DNA of 64,000 nt. It comes from Basidiobolus meristosporus CBS 931.73. Taxonomy: Eukaryota; Fungi; Basidiobolomycota. Positions 1-11,782 of the stretch are shown one piece after another; the first letter of the stretch is position 1; the number at the start of each line of letters is the position of its first letter. The translations under genes were made by a program, and so were the position numbers. The notes under the pieces were generated by a model. The model saw nothing but the letters and a program-made list of their open reading frames with translations. It was not told the DNA's origin and searched no databases. The stretch covers positions 23,341 through 87,340 of the forward strand of contig MCFE01000360.1 in the NCBI GenBank assembly GCA_002104905.1, written 5' to 3'.

Positions 1-912
1 TTATGGTTGACACCTTCAAATGAAATCGATAGCATCAATCATTCTGATGGCCTGCGGTTCTTGGAACTTGTCTTGAATTCAAGATCCGTGGGATTTCAGG
101 AGAAATGAAAGAATCGTATTCAAATATTGATCGCCATACGAGAGAACAGACCTGCTCAAGCATTCCGGTAGCCCATCTATCTGGAGCATAGTTCTAAAGG
201 TGTTCGATTATGGAGTAATCAGCTGTTCCCGAAAGACAGCTTCCTAAATAGACTACATTTGCCAATCAGTGGTATTCAAGGCTCTGGACTATCTTATATA
301 TGAACACTGCAGCTTTGGTGAGTGATCTGTACCAAAATCAAGCAAATCCTCCCCCAGGCCTCCTGTGTTGAATCCTGCACCACGGATTGTAGCTACGGCA
401 AGTCCAAGAGCATTACAAAGCTGCCAAGAAGGGATGGTATAACTACGCATTGGAAATATCTTTTCAAGAGCGTATTAATATGACGCTATTAGCCAAACCT
501 TTGCCTAAAATATAGACAGCATAGTAAATTGAGGGAAAGGTAAGTTAGTCTTAGAGCACTGTCATCAATTTCTTCCAAGGTGCTTGTAGCGTTCTAATTC
601 TCCATATATATATTCCAACAGACTGCATTTATGGTAGAATCGATGTAACTGTATAAAATCTTAGCGCGGTCGAGCTTGCAGCGCCAATACTGAACAGTTT
701 AAACAGAAATTATGTAAGGCAATGGTAATTTCAGCAAATCATAAATATGTTACAGAGAAACAATATGCAAAGATCGTTCAGACACATTCGATAGATGGCT
801 GATCGCTTCGAGTGCTCTTACCACCCCACAGATCTAGACTTGTCCAAGTGAACGAACGCAACCTATGTGCAATATTTTATTGATTCAGGGCCCACCTTGT
901 TTGAGCACCCGT

Positions 913-929
913 TATATATATATATATAT
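913..929. repeat. (TA)n microsatellite
   Basis: tatatatatatatatat read directly. Confidence 0.9.
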
Positions 930-1210
930 CAGACTGACGCTATATGCAATAACTGCATATCATGCAAATGGTACGTGTGTGAAATGTAAGCAGTACTTTT
1001 TAAGTTCTTGCGTTGTTTCGCAAGTTGACGTGCTTTAGAACCCACTAACAGCACAACCCCAGGCGGAGATGGCGCGTCAGATATGCTGTCAGCACTGGTT
1101 TCAAATGACAACTGATGCTCGCTGAGGGGTGAGCAATATTGCTGGCCGCTTCCACTGGAGTAATTCACCTTATTTGTTCTCCGCAGAAGCTGTAACACCG
1201 TCGTCATCAT
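929..1210 (-). CDS. Possible first exon of an unidentified multi-exon gene continuing toward the window start
   Basis: 93-aa ATG-initiated ORF with a plausible GT donor (gtactg) near 995; downstream exons could not be joined; no family recognised. Confidence 0.25.
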   Translation of the reverse strand: MMTTVLQLLRRTNKVNYSSGSGQQYCSPLSEHQLSFETSADSISDAPSPPGVVLLVGSKARQLAKQRKNLKSTAYISHTYHLHDMQLLHIASV

Positions 1211-2443
1211 TATATGGCAGAAGCAGGGTTAAAAATGGCAAGAAATTTCATCAGTGATGGTCAAAATGATCACACGTATCCGATTATTCCTAATCGCAAG
1301 GTATCCCGTTACCCATGAAAGGCGTACACAATACAGATGGCAACATTGCCCAGCATACATCCATTCCAAATAGAAACCACTTCACACCCTCGCCATCGCT
1401 TCTAGTGCCCGGAGATTTTCAATTCGACCACATGTTGAGCTCGTAAAATTTGTCGAAAAATTTTCTTGGCAAATCACCATATTTGGTGATCAGCCAGTTG
1501 ACTAGAAATCAATCTCAGACCAAGTGCACTTGCTGTGGGTGATGTGGTGAAAATGATTAGCGTGAGAGCCTGGCATGGCTTGAGAGAAATCACATACGGT
1601 TTTTGAACCACAGCGGTCAATCCACAAAGCCGACCTTGCTTGCAACAAGAATAAACGATCGGAATGATCAAGACTATTGCTATGCTGTCATGGCAAGGGA
1701 ACATTGCAAGATTTACAGGCCAATCGGCAACTGTCTACAGCAACTGGCTAATGTATGGATTGTTCTTGGTTTCTGGGGAGAAAGCGTTTTTCACCATCAA
1801 TATATATCGGGCATTTCCATGAAATTGCGCAAATCGGGCCATTTCTAATTGCTACCATGACCATTAGTCAGTGGTTACATGTATTCGTAACAATGACTAA
1901 GAGTATAAAGTTAGAGTTGGTGTAACATCGAGTCTCTTTCAATTCCATCCATATATGGTGGATATCCCAATAACCGAAACTGAAGACATAAATTTAATAA
2001 ACCTTATAATTGATTGACTTCCATCTCTAGACACTGCAAAAAATTGTCTCTGCATCCATTCGTCCCAACATTTGAGCCGACTTCCATATATGTTTTAACC
2101 TCTTAAGATACGAAAGAGCTAAAAGTTACTTTTGGGCGGCCAGCTATTTGGGCTCTGCTTTACCACCCATGCTCAACAGATTGGCCAATGATCGCTTGCA
2201 GACTGTCGGTATAAAAGCTCATGAGCATCCTCTGCACCATATTCATCACTTGGGTTCAAGTTTCCGACATTGCGCACCACCGAGGTTTAGACACACAGCT
2301 TCATTCTTCGCACACATTCCCCAACTTTTCATCTTCACCTATCCATAACATAATCCACAAAGTTTAGTCAATAGCTCCCTTCAGGAGTCATCCGCCATTC
2401 CATTCCACTACATCAAAGATTTTTCACTTGAACCAAGGACGAT

Positions 2444-3985
2444 ATGAATAACGTTGAACTTGACACGCTGGATTCTGGGGCCAGGACACTGTATTCTGAG
2501 GAGCCTAAGATGAATGATGTGGAGAAGCATCTGGAAAAAACTGAGAGTGAGCCAGGACTCAAGAGAACCTTGAAGGCTCGTCATCTCTCAATGATATCCA
2601 TTGGAGGCACCATCGGAACTGGCCTGTTCTTGGCAAGTGGGAATTCCATTTCTACAGCAGGTCCTGGAGGGGCACTGGTTTCCTACTTTGCCATCGGTAT
2701 GATGGTCTTTCTTCTAATGACCTCTCTCGGAGAGATGGCAACTTTCATGCCAGTATCTGGATCCTTCAACACTTACGGTGCGCGATTTGTCGACCCAGCC
2801 TTTGGCTTTGCTCTTGGTTGGAACTATTGGTACAACTGGGCAATTACCGTGGCCTTTGAACTTTCTGCAGGTGCCATGATTGTCAAGTACTGGCTTCCCA
2901 ATGTTCCATCTATCATATGGAGTATCCTGCTTCTGCTCATCATGGTGGGCCTGAACTGCATCTCCGTTAAAGGCTATGCCGAGGCGGAGTACTGGTTCGC
3001 TTTGATCAAGGTCATCACAGTCGTGGTGTTTGTCATTGTTGGGATTCTCGTAGCTTCGGGCGCTGTCGGAGGCCATACCTACGGAGTTTCCAACTGGACC
3101 ATCGGTGATGCGCCATTCCACAACGGAATTCTGGGGGTTCTCCAGGTTTTCCTGGTCGCAGGATTTTCTTTCCAAGGTACCGAGATGGTAGGAGTCACTG
3201 CTGGAGAAAGCTCGAACCCTAGAAAGCATGTTCCTAGAGCCATCAAGCAAGTATTCTGGCGTATCCTGCTGTTTTACGTCTGTGCCATCTTCATCATCAG
3301 CTTGTTGATCCCATATACCGATCCCAGACTCCAAAACGATGGCGATGATATCACGACCTCACCATTTACCCTTGGATTTGCTCTGGCCAAGATCCCTGGT
3401 GCTGATCATATCATGAATGGAGTGATCCTGATCACTGTGCTCTCTGCAGGTAATTCTGGAATGTATGCCGCCACCCGTACTCTCTGGGTGTTAGCAAACG
3501 AAGGAAAGGCCCCCAAATTCCTTCGCAAGGTCAACTCCCGTGGTATCCCCATTTACTCTTTGTTGACTACCGCCGCAATCGCGTGTATCTCATTCCTTTC
3601 CAGCCTCTTTGGTGACCAAATCATTTACGAATGGTTGATCAATGCGTCAGGTGTTGCGGGGTTCATCGCATGGCTTGGTATTGCCTCTAGTCACTATCGC
3701 TTCCGTAAGGCGTACGTTGCTCAAGGACGCGATCTGAAGGAGTTGCCATATAAGGCTATGTTCTATCCCTTTGGCCCATTGCTTGCACTGTTCCTATGCG
3801 TGGTGGTTATCATCGGGCAAGGATACAATGGCTTCTCATCCAACCCTATAGATTGGTCATCACTTGCAGCCAATTACCTTGGTGTAGTGCTTTTCCTCTG
3901 CTTCTATCTTGGCTACAAGCTAATTAAGAAGACCAAGGTGGTTCCCTTGATGGAGTGCAATTTCTCCACCGAGGAGATCAAATAA
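2444..3985 (+). CDS. APC-superfamily amino-acid permease, LysP-like, single exon, 513 aa
   Basis: Motifs LKARHLSMISIGGTIGTGLF, FGFALGWNYWYNWA, EAEYWF, GFSFQGTE, QVFWRILLFY, VLSAGNSGMYA, GFIAWLGIASSHYRFR; about 12 hydrophobic segments. Confidence 0.97.
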   Translation: MNNVELDTLDSGARTLYSEEPKMNDVEKHLEKTESEPGLKRTLKARHLSMISIGGTIGTGLFLASGNSISTAGPGGALVSYFAIGMMVFLLMTSLGEMATFMPVSGSFNTYGARFVDPAFGFALGWNYWYNWAITVAFELSAGAMIVKYWLPNVPSIIWSILLLLIMVGLNCISVKGYAEAEYWFALIKVITVVVFVIVGILVASGAVGGHTYGVSNWTIGDAPFHNGILGVLQVFLVAGFSFQGTEMVGVTAGESSNPRKHVPRAIKQVFWRILLFYVCAIFIISLLIPYTDPRLQNDGDDITTSPFTLGFALAKIPGADHIMNGVILITVLSAGNSGMYAATRTLWVLANEGKAPKFLRKVNSRGIPIYSLLTTAAIACISFLSSLFGDQIIYEWLINASGVAGFIAWLGIASSHYRFRKAYVAQGRDLKELPYKAMFYPFGPLLALFLCVVVIIGQGYNGFSSNPIDWSSLAANYLGVVLFLCFYLGYKLIKKTKVVPLMECNFSTEEIK

Positions 3986-4525
3986 TTTCGTTCCATTTTT
4001 CTCTGTGGTGTATCTGCATCGAATCCCATTCACCCTTTGCCATGAATCCAGCCCACTCGCTTCACAGCAAAATAGTTTAGACTTCATCACTTTCTCCCAA
4101 ACATACTTTATTGTAAATGCTTTCAACTACTTTCACTATGTTCTTGCCGAAACAATGAAGTTCGCAATAAATTTACCTGATCTCGCCTTGGTATCCTTGA
4201 GATTGTAAACGATCAGGCCGGACTCGCGCAGGCTAGTCGGGTCACTCCACCCAGCTGACGTTGAAGTAGCCCACATTGGGATTTATTGACATGAATTCGT
4301 GGATAATTAGTATACCAATAGGAGTACAGACATGTCACCACTCTGGTTTGGTAACATGAGGCCATGATTACATCAGGGCAGACTTGTCTGACCATTGTGC
4401 GATTATCACATTTGCGAATTCCACGCCAGGCAATCAATCGTGTAAATCCACCCATTACTCCGATCTGCGATCCCGATACAACTATAAAGCAGAGGTGGCT
4501 CGACTAGCTCAACTTCGGATCTAGC

Positions 4526-5275
4526 ATGTCATTTGTTTCTCAGCTCGCTTATTGCATTTTGGTCGGCTTATCCTTTGCCAATATCGTTCTAGGCATTCTA
4601 GTCGAAAGTGGTTCATCCGCTAGCGCAAAGAACTACGGGGGCACTTTATCACGACAGACTGCTTTCATGCAAGTAGTTGGAAATGAGAAGGAATTGTTTG
4701 AGAAATGGGATGCCGATGATTTTATAGCCGTCGACGACAGGTATCCGTATGATGTTGATTGTAAATCGTTCCTTGTTATGTAACCATGTTGCTTGTATAG
4801 AGTCCGTGGTGGCAAAAGTCAAAGTTTCCTAGAGATCGATGGCCCATCCGGCACAGCCCGCTTTTATGGCCATCTTGATATTAAAACTCTAGGTAATGCA
4901 GGGTTTGCCTCTCAGGCTACAAAATCCGGCCGAAGAAGCTGGAACCTGTCCAAGTATGAAGGTATAAGGTTTACCACTCTAGAAGGCGATAACAAAAACT
5001 ACTCGATTAGCTTCAAGAACACCTTCGTTAAGCAGACACCTGATGGCAGCCAAGATAGCACCATGGAATACAAGTATATCTTCCAAGGGAAGCCAAAGAG
5101 AGTTACGCAATTTGTTCAATTTGATCAATTTCGACCAACATATCGAGGTCGTGTAGTTGATGCCAAGCCGCTGAATACCTCTGATATCAAGGTTATTCAG
5201 TTCCAAATTGCCTCTGGCTTTGGTCAACAACAAGGGCCCTTCAGCATTAAATTTCAGAATATCGTGGCATGTTGA
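4526..5275 (+). CDS. CIA30 (complex I intermediate-associated protein 30)-domain protein, 2 exons
   Basis: Intron 4741-4800 (gtatcc...gtatag) joins AVDDR to VRGGKSQS; CIA30 motifs LDIKTLGNAGFASQ, WNLSKYEG, FRPTYRGR, PLNTSDI; hydrophobic N-terminus. Confidence 0.88.
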
Positions 5276-5543
5276 CAACAATGCCCTTCCTAATCCCAAA
5301 AAGTTTATAATAAAAGTCGATAATAGAGAGGATTCACTAGAGCGCTTTGTAACAAGTAGCATCACGTCCATGGTGGTCGCAAACTGGAGTTAAACAGCTG
5401 CAATGATAATTGATTAAAATCCATCGATCGATATTGGGTATTTGGACCAATCATTGTTCTTTGCACTCACCAATGTTACAATGTTTTCTTTATTTGTCTC
5501 TGATATACACCAACACATTCAACAGGGTAATCGAAGGCGAAAT

Positions 5544-5565
5544 ACAGCACAGCACAGCACAGCAC
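5544..5565. repeat. (ACAGC)4 pentanucleotide microsatellite
   Basis: acagcacagcacagcacagcac read directly, between two genes. Confidence 0.9.
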
Positions 5566-5634
5566 CTCAACACTGGGTTCGGTTGACAAAAAGCTCTCAA
5601 ATCTTGTTACATATATAATCTTTCCTAGTACAGC

Positions 5635-6962
5635 ATGAGTTTCTCCCAGGGCTTGCATGATTCCCCAATGGAGTTTGAGTATCAGTCTCCAAATCGCAGT
5701 GCACATGAATTCTTTACACCTAGCAAAAGCAGAGGTTCTGATCGCAAATGTACTACATCTCTGGTCTTTTGATATATAAATGGCATTTTGGGATTGATAC
5801 GAACTGCAAATAACATTCCATATATTGTAGCCAAACACGACGACGAAGTCTTTTCGACGCCTAGACGAACCCATCCTCAAAACTTCGTTTTTAGCTCTCC
5901 AGAGTCAACCAACAACAGCCGAGGTCCAGCAAGTTCCCTCGACACTTCAGAATATTATGCCACTGACAGTGACGATATTTCCGCCCCGAACACTGAGGTC
6001 AAGTTGAAAAAGAGCTCACGAGCAAGTAAAAAAGATATTCACAAACAGCGGAGAAAATCAATTGCTTCTTGCTCAAGCGGAAGTGATATTGAGGTTCTTT
6101 CTCAACACTCCGATCGAGTTCATCTTCAGCATGTTAATACTATAAGATTTAGGTACTATATAGCCCTAAAGCTAAGAACAGAAAGCTTTTAAACCGGGAT
6201 ATGCCATATGTACTCTCGGGGTATGCTCACCTTTGCGTGTGAAACCTCGCTTGAGTTAACAGATTTTCTTATCTTTGCATTAGGTGGCTACAATTAGCAT
6301 TCAACCTATTCTTGGTTGCGATTACCCTGTATATTATCATGCAGCTTATATATACCGTGCAAAGAGACGTGGATATCAAAGTCAAAGAGTATTCACAAAG
6401 TAAGAAAGGTTGTTTCAACTTTCTATCCAAGGAAGACTAAACGATGTCGTAGGTATACTTCAAGAAATAGAGCAATGCTCAAAAAACTATGCCGAAAACC
6501 GGTGCATTCTTGAGGATCGCGTACCAGCGATGGAAAACCCGTGCAACGTATGGGAGGCTTGTATTAAACGCGACCCCACCGTCATCGGAAGGTACTGTTC
6601 ACCTTTCCAGCATGTGCTTTTACCGTACTTAGCTCAGCCATTTTCTAGAGCCAAAGTGTCAGCAGAGACGTTCGCTGAGATCCTGAATAATTTCGTGGAG
6701 CCGATATCCTACAAAACGATGGTATGTTCAGCGGGTTCGGGTGGATTTTTGCCAGCTATTAACATGCTCTTGGCTTGAGCAGATTTTCTCCACCATCCTG
6801 ATTTTTGGCTCTTTGTTCTTGTCCAACTTTGCGTTTGGCTTTTTGCGCTCCCGAACCCTTCATGATTTCCAATATTACTCGCCAAGTGAGCCCACCCATC
6901 ATCCCAGCGGGCCATGGGTGACCCCACGTCGTACTCACTCCCGTTACATCAAGCCACGTTAG
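5635..6962 (+). CDS. BRL1: Brl1/Brr6 nuclear envelope integral membrane protein, multi-exon
   Basis: N-terminal SPMEFEYQ; four-Cys Brr6 domain EIEQCSKNYAENRC...RVPAMENPCNVWEACIKRDP; intron 6592-6648 joins IGR to AKVSAETFAEILNNFVEPISYKT; TM segment IFGSLFLSNFAF; further introns 5735-5830 and near 6151 and 6722. Confidence 0.88.
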
Positions 6963-8327
6963 ACTACGATCTATGTATGCGCCGACCGTACCCATATGGG
7001 CGCCTTGTTTGTACTCTTACCTCGTAACTTACAATCATATCGAGTGTACTTTCTCTGCACTATAGATTCGCTAGCACTATGCATTAAACTAATTTCCCTC
7101 CCAACCGATTAATACACCGAGTTCGAATACTATTAATAGTCCAATAGTTCTATGATTCGCCGCTTCACTGCATGCCAGCGTTAGGGTTTGAGTTGTTTGA
7201 GCTTGCCAACTGATCGAACACGACATATTTCCCCTCGTTTGTCTGGGTGGCAATTATTCAGATCAATCCATGACAGCCGAAACATCCCAAACAATCATCC
7301 AAGGCCTCCTGCAGGCAACAACCTCCCCTTGGCATATTCTTGGCAAACCCTTTGCAGTCCCAATGACATAGTCGGAAATGAGGGCAATGGTCATCCACCC
7401 GGGAGAGCATCCCGGAATCGCCCACCAAAGCGGGTTGTAAGCACAGTCATACCACTGGCTGCCGAGCTGGCCTCCTTGGCTTATGCACCAGACAGCTAGT
7501 GAGCGCTAGGGTGTGTACAGATATGCCGTGCTTGCTCACATGCATCGAAGCCACCGGCCCCAGGCTGAAGAATCTCTTGAGCAGTAGTGAGCGAGTAGAT
7601 TACATCATGGGTTGGTCGGCAAGACGTAATGGATTGGGCTGTATAGATTCGTCTTCATGTGATCGTCATTCCGCCGTCGTCTGGAATGTGAGTAAATGCA
7701 TTAACGCGTGAAAAAGTTTCACAGAAAGAAATTAAGAATAAAACGGGCATCCACCTCAGGGTCCATGTCCATTTTAGTCCACCTGAGTTGCAGGGAAATT
7801 GGCAACAGCAGCTACGAATGGGCGAAGTTGGCCTGATGTTGAAACATGTCGAATGTCAGGAGGATGGGGTTTGGGATTATCATGACTAATTGACGTTTCC
7901 TGTGACCTGACCTTTTATATTGGTATGCAAATTAGGCAGTCAGCCGTACACATAAATCATGAAACGAAATCTGATGAGCGTATGATGCACATGGTTTATT
8001 CCCCGCTGGTTCGTCGACTCATCGTCGTTTGGGCGAATCTCTCTTGACAGTCATGTGAAAATTAGGAAGAGCAGCTAGCAAGTCCCTGAGTTTCAATTTT
8101 CGGATTTTCTTCTCTCATCCCTCCTTTTATTTTCCCGACAGTAATCGTTGATTTTTATTCGCGAGCAGCCACTCTTGCCCAATACAACCTGTTTAAAATA
8201 TCTCAGTTCACCCAAAGCCAGTTATAGTTGACTCATAAGGCTTCCCAGTATCTATCTCTCGTTATCTTTGATATTTAACTGAATAGAGATTACTACGAAC
8301 CTTCTAATCCCCCACTGCCCTTCTCCT

Positions 8328-9317
8328 ATGACTCGTGTATCACGGAAGACCGCGCTCCTTACCTCGATAGCTACAGGTCTTGTGGTAGTAGCCTCAGGGA
8401 TTTACTGGTGGTATGCCACGACATGCACCTTCAAGGACGACTTGCCTCTTGAAGACCAAGAAATCGTCAGTCTAGTTAACGAGGTGGGTATTTCGCACCC
8501 ACGAAATTCCATTTCTTTTCAACCTAACTCGTCGTTCACTCGACTGTCCAACCCTGCAGGTACAACGAAGGAGAAGTTCGTTGACCAAGTTTCTGAATCC
8601 CATATCGAAAAACAAACCGATTATGACGCTTTCCTTGAAAAATGTAAGCCTTAAGCCAGTAGTAAGTCACCCCTCCTCCAACTAAGCTCATGGCGTTTTC
8701 AGGTTATCGTATGGAATCCACTCCCAGATCCCACAACTCCCAACTATGCATTCTTGGAGGGTACGGTGCCCATGATTCGCTCGTTCGCCCGTATATATGA
8801 TATCTATCTTTTAATGCAGATATCAAGCCTGGAAGAACGGCAACAGATAATCCACCTCTTCTCTTCAGCCGGGTTGTTTGAGCCCACTAAACCTGGCCAG
8901 GGCGACTCGATCGACCAGAGTCGATTGGTGTTCTGTCAAAGTGCTGAGGGGAAGGAGTACATAGCCCGGAATCTTCATTCATTTATACATGTTGATAGTG
9001 ACGTTAAAATCATTCGGAACTTGACTCCATTTGTGAAAAGATTTGTTTGGGTAAGAAGAACTAGCCAAGATTGGCAACAGTCACAAATTAAAGCACACCT
9101 CCAACCTCAGTCGGATCTTCCCCGGCCCAATATCAATGATAGTCATTCACCATTGAAGCCGATATCTCCGTGGTACACACCATCGAAGCCTAGCCCACCG
9201 ATTCCCCAGTTAGCCACCAAAACCGTATGGTCAGAGGTCTTGGCATCCAATCTAGACCATTTAGAGATATGTGATGATTTGGTCAAGAGCACCATGAACC
9301 CCAATCGAGCTTGCTAG
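8328..9317 (+). CDS. PEX22: Peroxin-22-like protein (plant/early-fungal type), 3 exons
   Basis: N-terminal TM anchor; introns 8484-8559 and 8644-8702 give MTLSLKNVIVWNP...YDIYLLMQ...RLVFCQSAEGKEYIARNLHSFIHVDSD...LTPFVK, matching the plant PEX22 pattern DlYLM...KVLFCSte.Gr.SFVRQL...HID as I recall it. Confidence 0.72.
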
Positions 9318-10208
9318 TGACTACCTTTGGGAAGACAAAATCCTGCCCGTAGGTGCGGTTTCCAGATGCTTCCCACCCGGCCCCATCTCTTATCCATCCC
9401 GAGTGCATCCCGAGGTATCTTAATACCAACAATGTTGTTTGGTTTGAATAGGACATTCACTTAATTTAATACTATCAGAAGCTCCACTGGTTCTGGGTGA
9501 CCGCTTTGTATTGTCCATGGTTTCTGACGCAGGACAAACCCTCTTTTGTAAACTTGGTTCGATGACCGATTTCAAAGTCTTGGTCAATATTGACTTTAGA
9601 AACGAATCCACCTGGTCCATGTGGCCGCTAATAAAGTAGGAATTGGGGATTATTTGTGGAGCTCAACTGAACCTTCCAGTGGTTTGGTGGTGTAGAAATG
9701 GTGGTTTTCTTGGCCTATCGTCATAAACCATCCGTTGGATTAGCTGTGAGGTTACATATGGGTGATATACCGATAAAGGAATGTCGAGCCCTTGCTTGAT
9801 TCATATGGTGGTATGATTCCTTGCTGGTGTCATTCAAATGTATTTTTGAGCTACTTTCTACTGAACGGTCTTGGCGTATGAGAGGGATGCATAAAACCAG
9901 GCCTATGAGTACTACTAGCTATACGCCATCATGCATACATGCGAGAAGAGTAACGTTAAGTGATACGATGAACATCCGGCCCAACAAGTGAATTTGTGGA
10001 GATGAAGTGCCAGGGTCTATTTGAAGTGCTTTACATATCAACGACTCTGAATTATTGAGCAGAGGCTTCATATGACTGACATCCGATATGGTAGAGTATA
10101 TAGCTAGGAATTCGTATCCCAGTTCAGTATTTGTGCTGCCATATATCTGCTTGTGAGGATACATAAAATGGAAAGAACCCGGGCCTCTCTGATTCAGATG
10201 TAAGAATG

Positions 10209-11345
10209 TTAGAGTTCTATGGGTATGTCTTTGACACATGGCCGGATTTTCTCTTTTTGCACTTGGTCGAACGGAGAAACGTTCATACTTAAAAACGCTG
10301 GATCTAGCAGAAAAGCGGGAGATGTTATCACCCGCTTATTGATCGATTCATGCACTAGATTCGGATGATGAGCTATTGAAGATAGTACTGTTTCCTTTGA
10401 ATGAGGTGATAATATTGGTGCACAATCATCAGATAGCTCGGTAATGGACGGCAGTGGCTGTTTAGAACGCCACTCAGATACTTTCCGTGAAGCACTAGGC
10501 TTAATAGGGACTAATGGAGGCGGGAGTATTGACGGATCTACGCAATATGCCGTGTTGTAAGCGAGCGGTGAATTGGCAAAACATGAAGCAGGAAGGCTGG
10601 TTGATTGAGAAGAGTGGACATATGATGATATTGTGGTACTGGCTTGAGAATGGATACTTAGTTGAAAATCTGCATCCAGCAAAGAAAGTTTGGTAAAGCC
10701 AGAGTAGGTCGATGGATTGCTATGATTCTCGATATTGGAGACTTGATGTGCATTTGTCGCCCTCCCTATCTCTAGAGTCAGGAGTTTAGATAGAGTCCGT
10801 GGGGATTCATGCTTTGGTAAGGTCACCGTATGTAAAGAGTATTTTTGGCATTTATACTCAGCATGATTGTCTATACAGTCAAAATAAATGCAGTTTAGCA
10901 ACCGGCTAACACGTGCCTTCCAGTGGTGCTGAGTGAAGTAATCCTTACTTTGCCATGGCTTGTAAAGTTTTTTGGCTATTTGATAACGAGGGATCCTTGG
11001 GACGTTAAAGAAGACGTCTGCATTCACATCATAGCTATCGTCGTGATCCGATTGAACTGGTACCATTAACGGGTCCGCTTTTTTCCTTTTTGTCGTCTGT
11101 CTTTTATTCTGAAACCATATTTGGACAGCTCGCATGGTCATCCCCAACTGGGAGGCGAGCTTTTCGCGTGTGGTCGTATCCGGGCGCGAGTTAGCTTGGA
11201 ATGATCTTTCAAGCACAACCTGCTCTTGCCTATTCGTTCTCCTCCGTTTCTTGCGAGCAGGCAAATTCGAGTTGCTTGACACAAACTGGTTAGCATCGGT
11301 ATTTATCCAGCTGAGACTTTCAATATTATGGCCTTCAATACTCAT
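10209..11345 (-). CDS. Homeodomain transcription factor
   Basis: RKKRRRTNRQEQVVLERSFQANSRPDTTTREKLASQLGMTMRAVQIWFQNKRQ; Ser/Pro-rich C-terminus; ATG at 11345; a short in-frame intron near 10870-10910 is possible. Confidence 0.92.
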   Translation of the reverse strand: MSIEGHNIESLSWINTDANQFVSSNSNLPARKKRRRTNRQEQVVLERSFQANSRPDTTTREKLASQLGMTMRAVQIWFQNKRQTTKRKKADPLMVPVQSDHDDSYDVNADVFFNVPRIPRYQIAKKLYKPWQSKDYFTQHHWKARVSRLLNCIYFDCIDNHAEYKCQKYSLHTVTLPKHESPRTLSKLLTLEIGRATNAHQVSNIENHSNPSTYSGFTKLSLLDADFQLSIHSQASTTISSYVHSSQSTSLPASCFANSPLAYNTAYCVDPSILPPPLVPIKPSASRKVSEWRSKQPLPSITELSDDCAPILSPHSKETVLSSIAHHPNLVHESINKRVITSPAFLLDPAFLSMNVSPFDQVQKEKIRPCVKDIPIEL

Positions 11346-11782
11346 GTTGTAGTTAGCGCCTATCCCAATATCTACCAGCAAGCGAAATCATTAGCATTCA
11401 TGTAGACGATGAGTCAGAGAATCGTGAGCCTTATAATATGGATAAATATGACTTACTCGTTGGGCAGACAGACTGATTATCGTCCCGGCAATCGTGGCTG
11501 AATCAACGACTTCAACTGCCTTTAAGTAGAAGCGTTTGCAAAAATCAATATGACAGATTCGAATGCTGTGTAGAGTGCCATCTGAGCACATCATAGTGTA
11601 CCTGATTGGCCATTGCAGAGCAATCGTAATTTACCCAATATATCACGTTGACCAAAGCTAGAGATCGATCCTTATCGCTTTTAAGCTTTAAATTCACGGA
11701 TTACCCATGGAAGGTCGGCAAAATCATCACTACATCTATCCATATACCACATTCGGGAAATATGACGTGTACTAGATGAAGT

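Noticed and set aside
2714-3334. 206-aa antisense ORF
   Set aside because: Lies opposite the permease CDS; a codon-bias shadow with no motifs.
4497-4525. tagctcaa...ttcgg resembling a tRNA 5' half
   Set aside because: No T-loop or acceptor stem, and it runs into the CIA30 start codon.
7188-7711. Short ORFs and a possible minus-strand spliced gene (brief resemblance to Emi1 or Tim17-like proteins)
   Set aside because: No consistent exon chain and key motifs are absent.
1300-11720. TTACCCATG.AAGG shared upstream at about 1309 and 11701
   Set aside because: Only two short matches in AT-rich intergenic DNA; not distinguishable from chance without orthologs.
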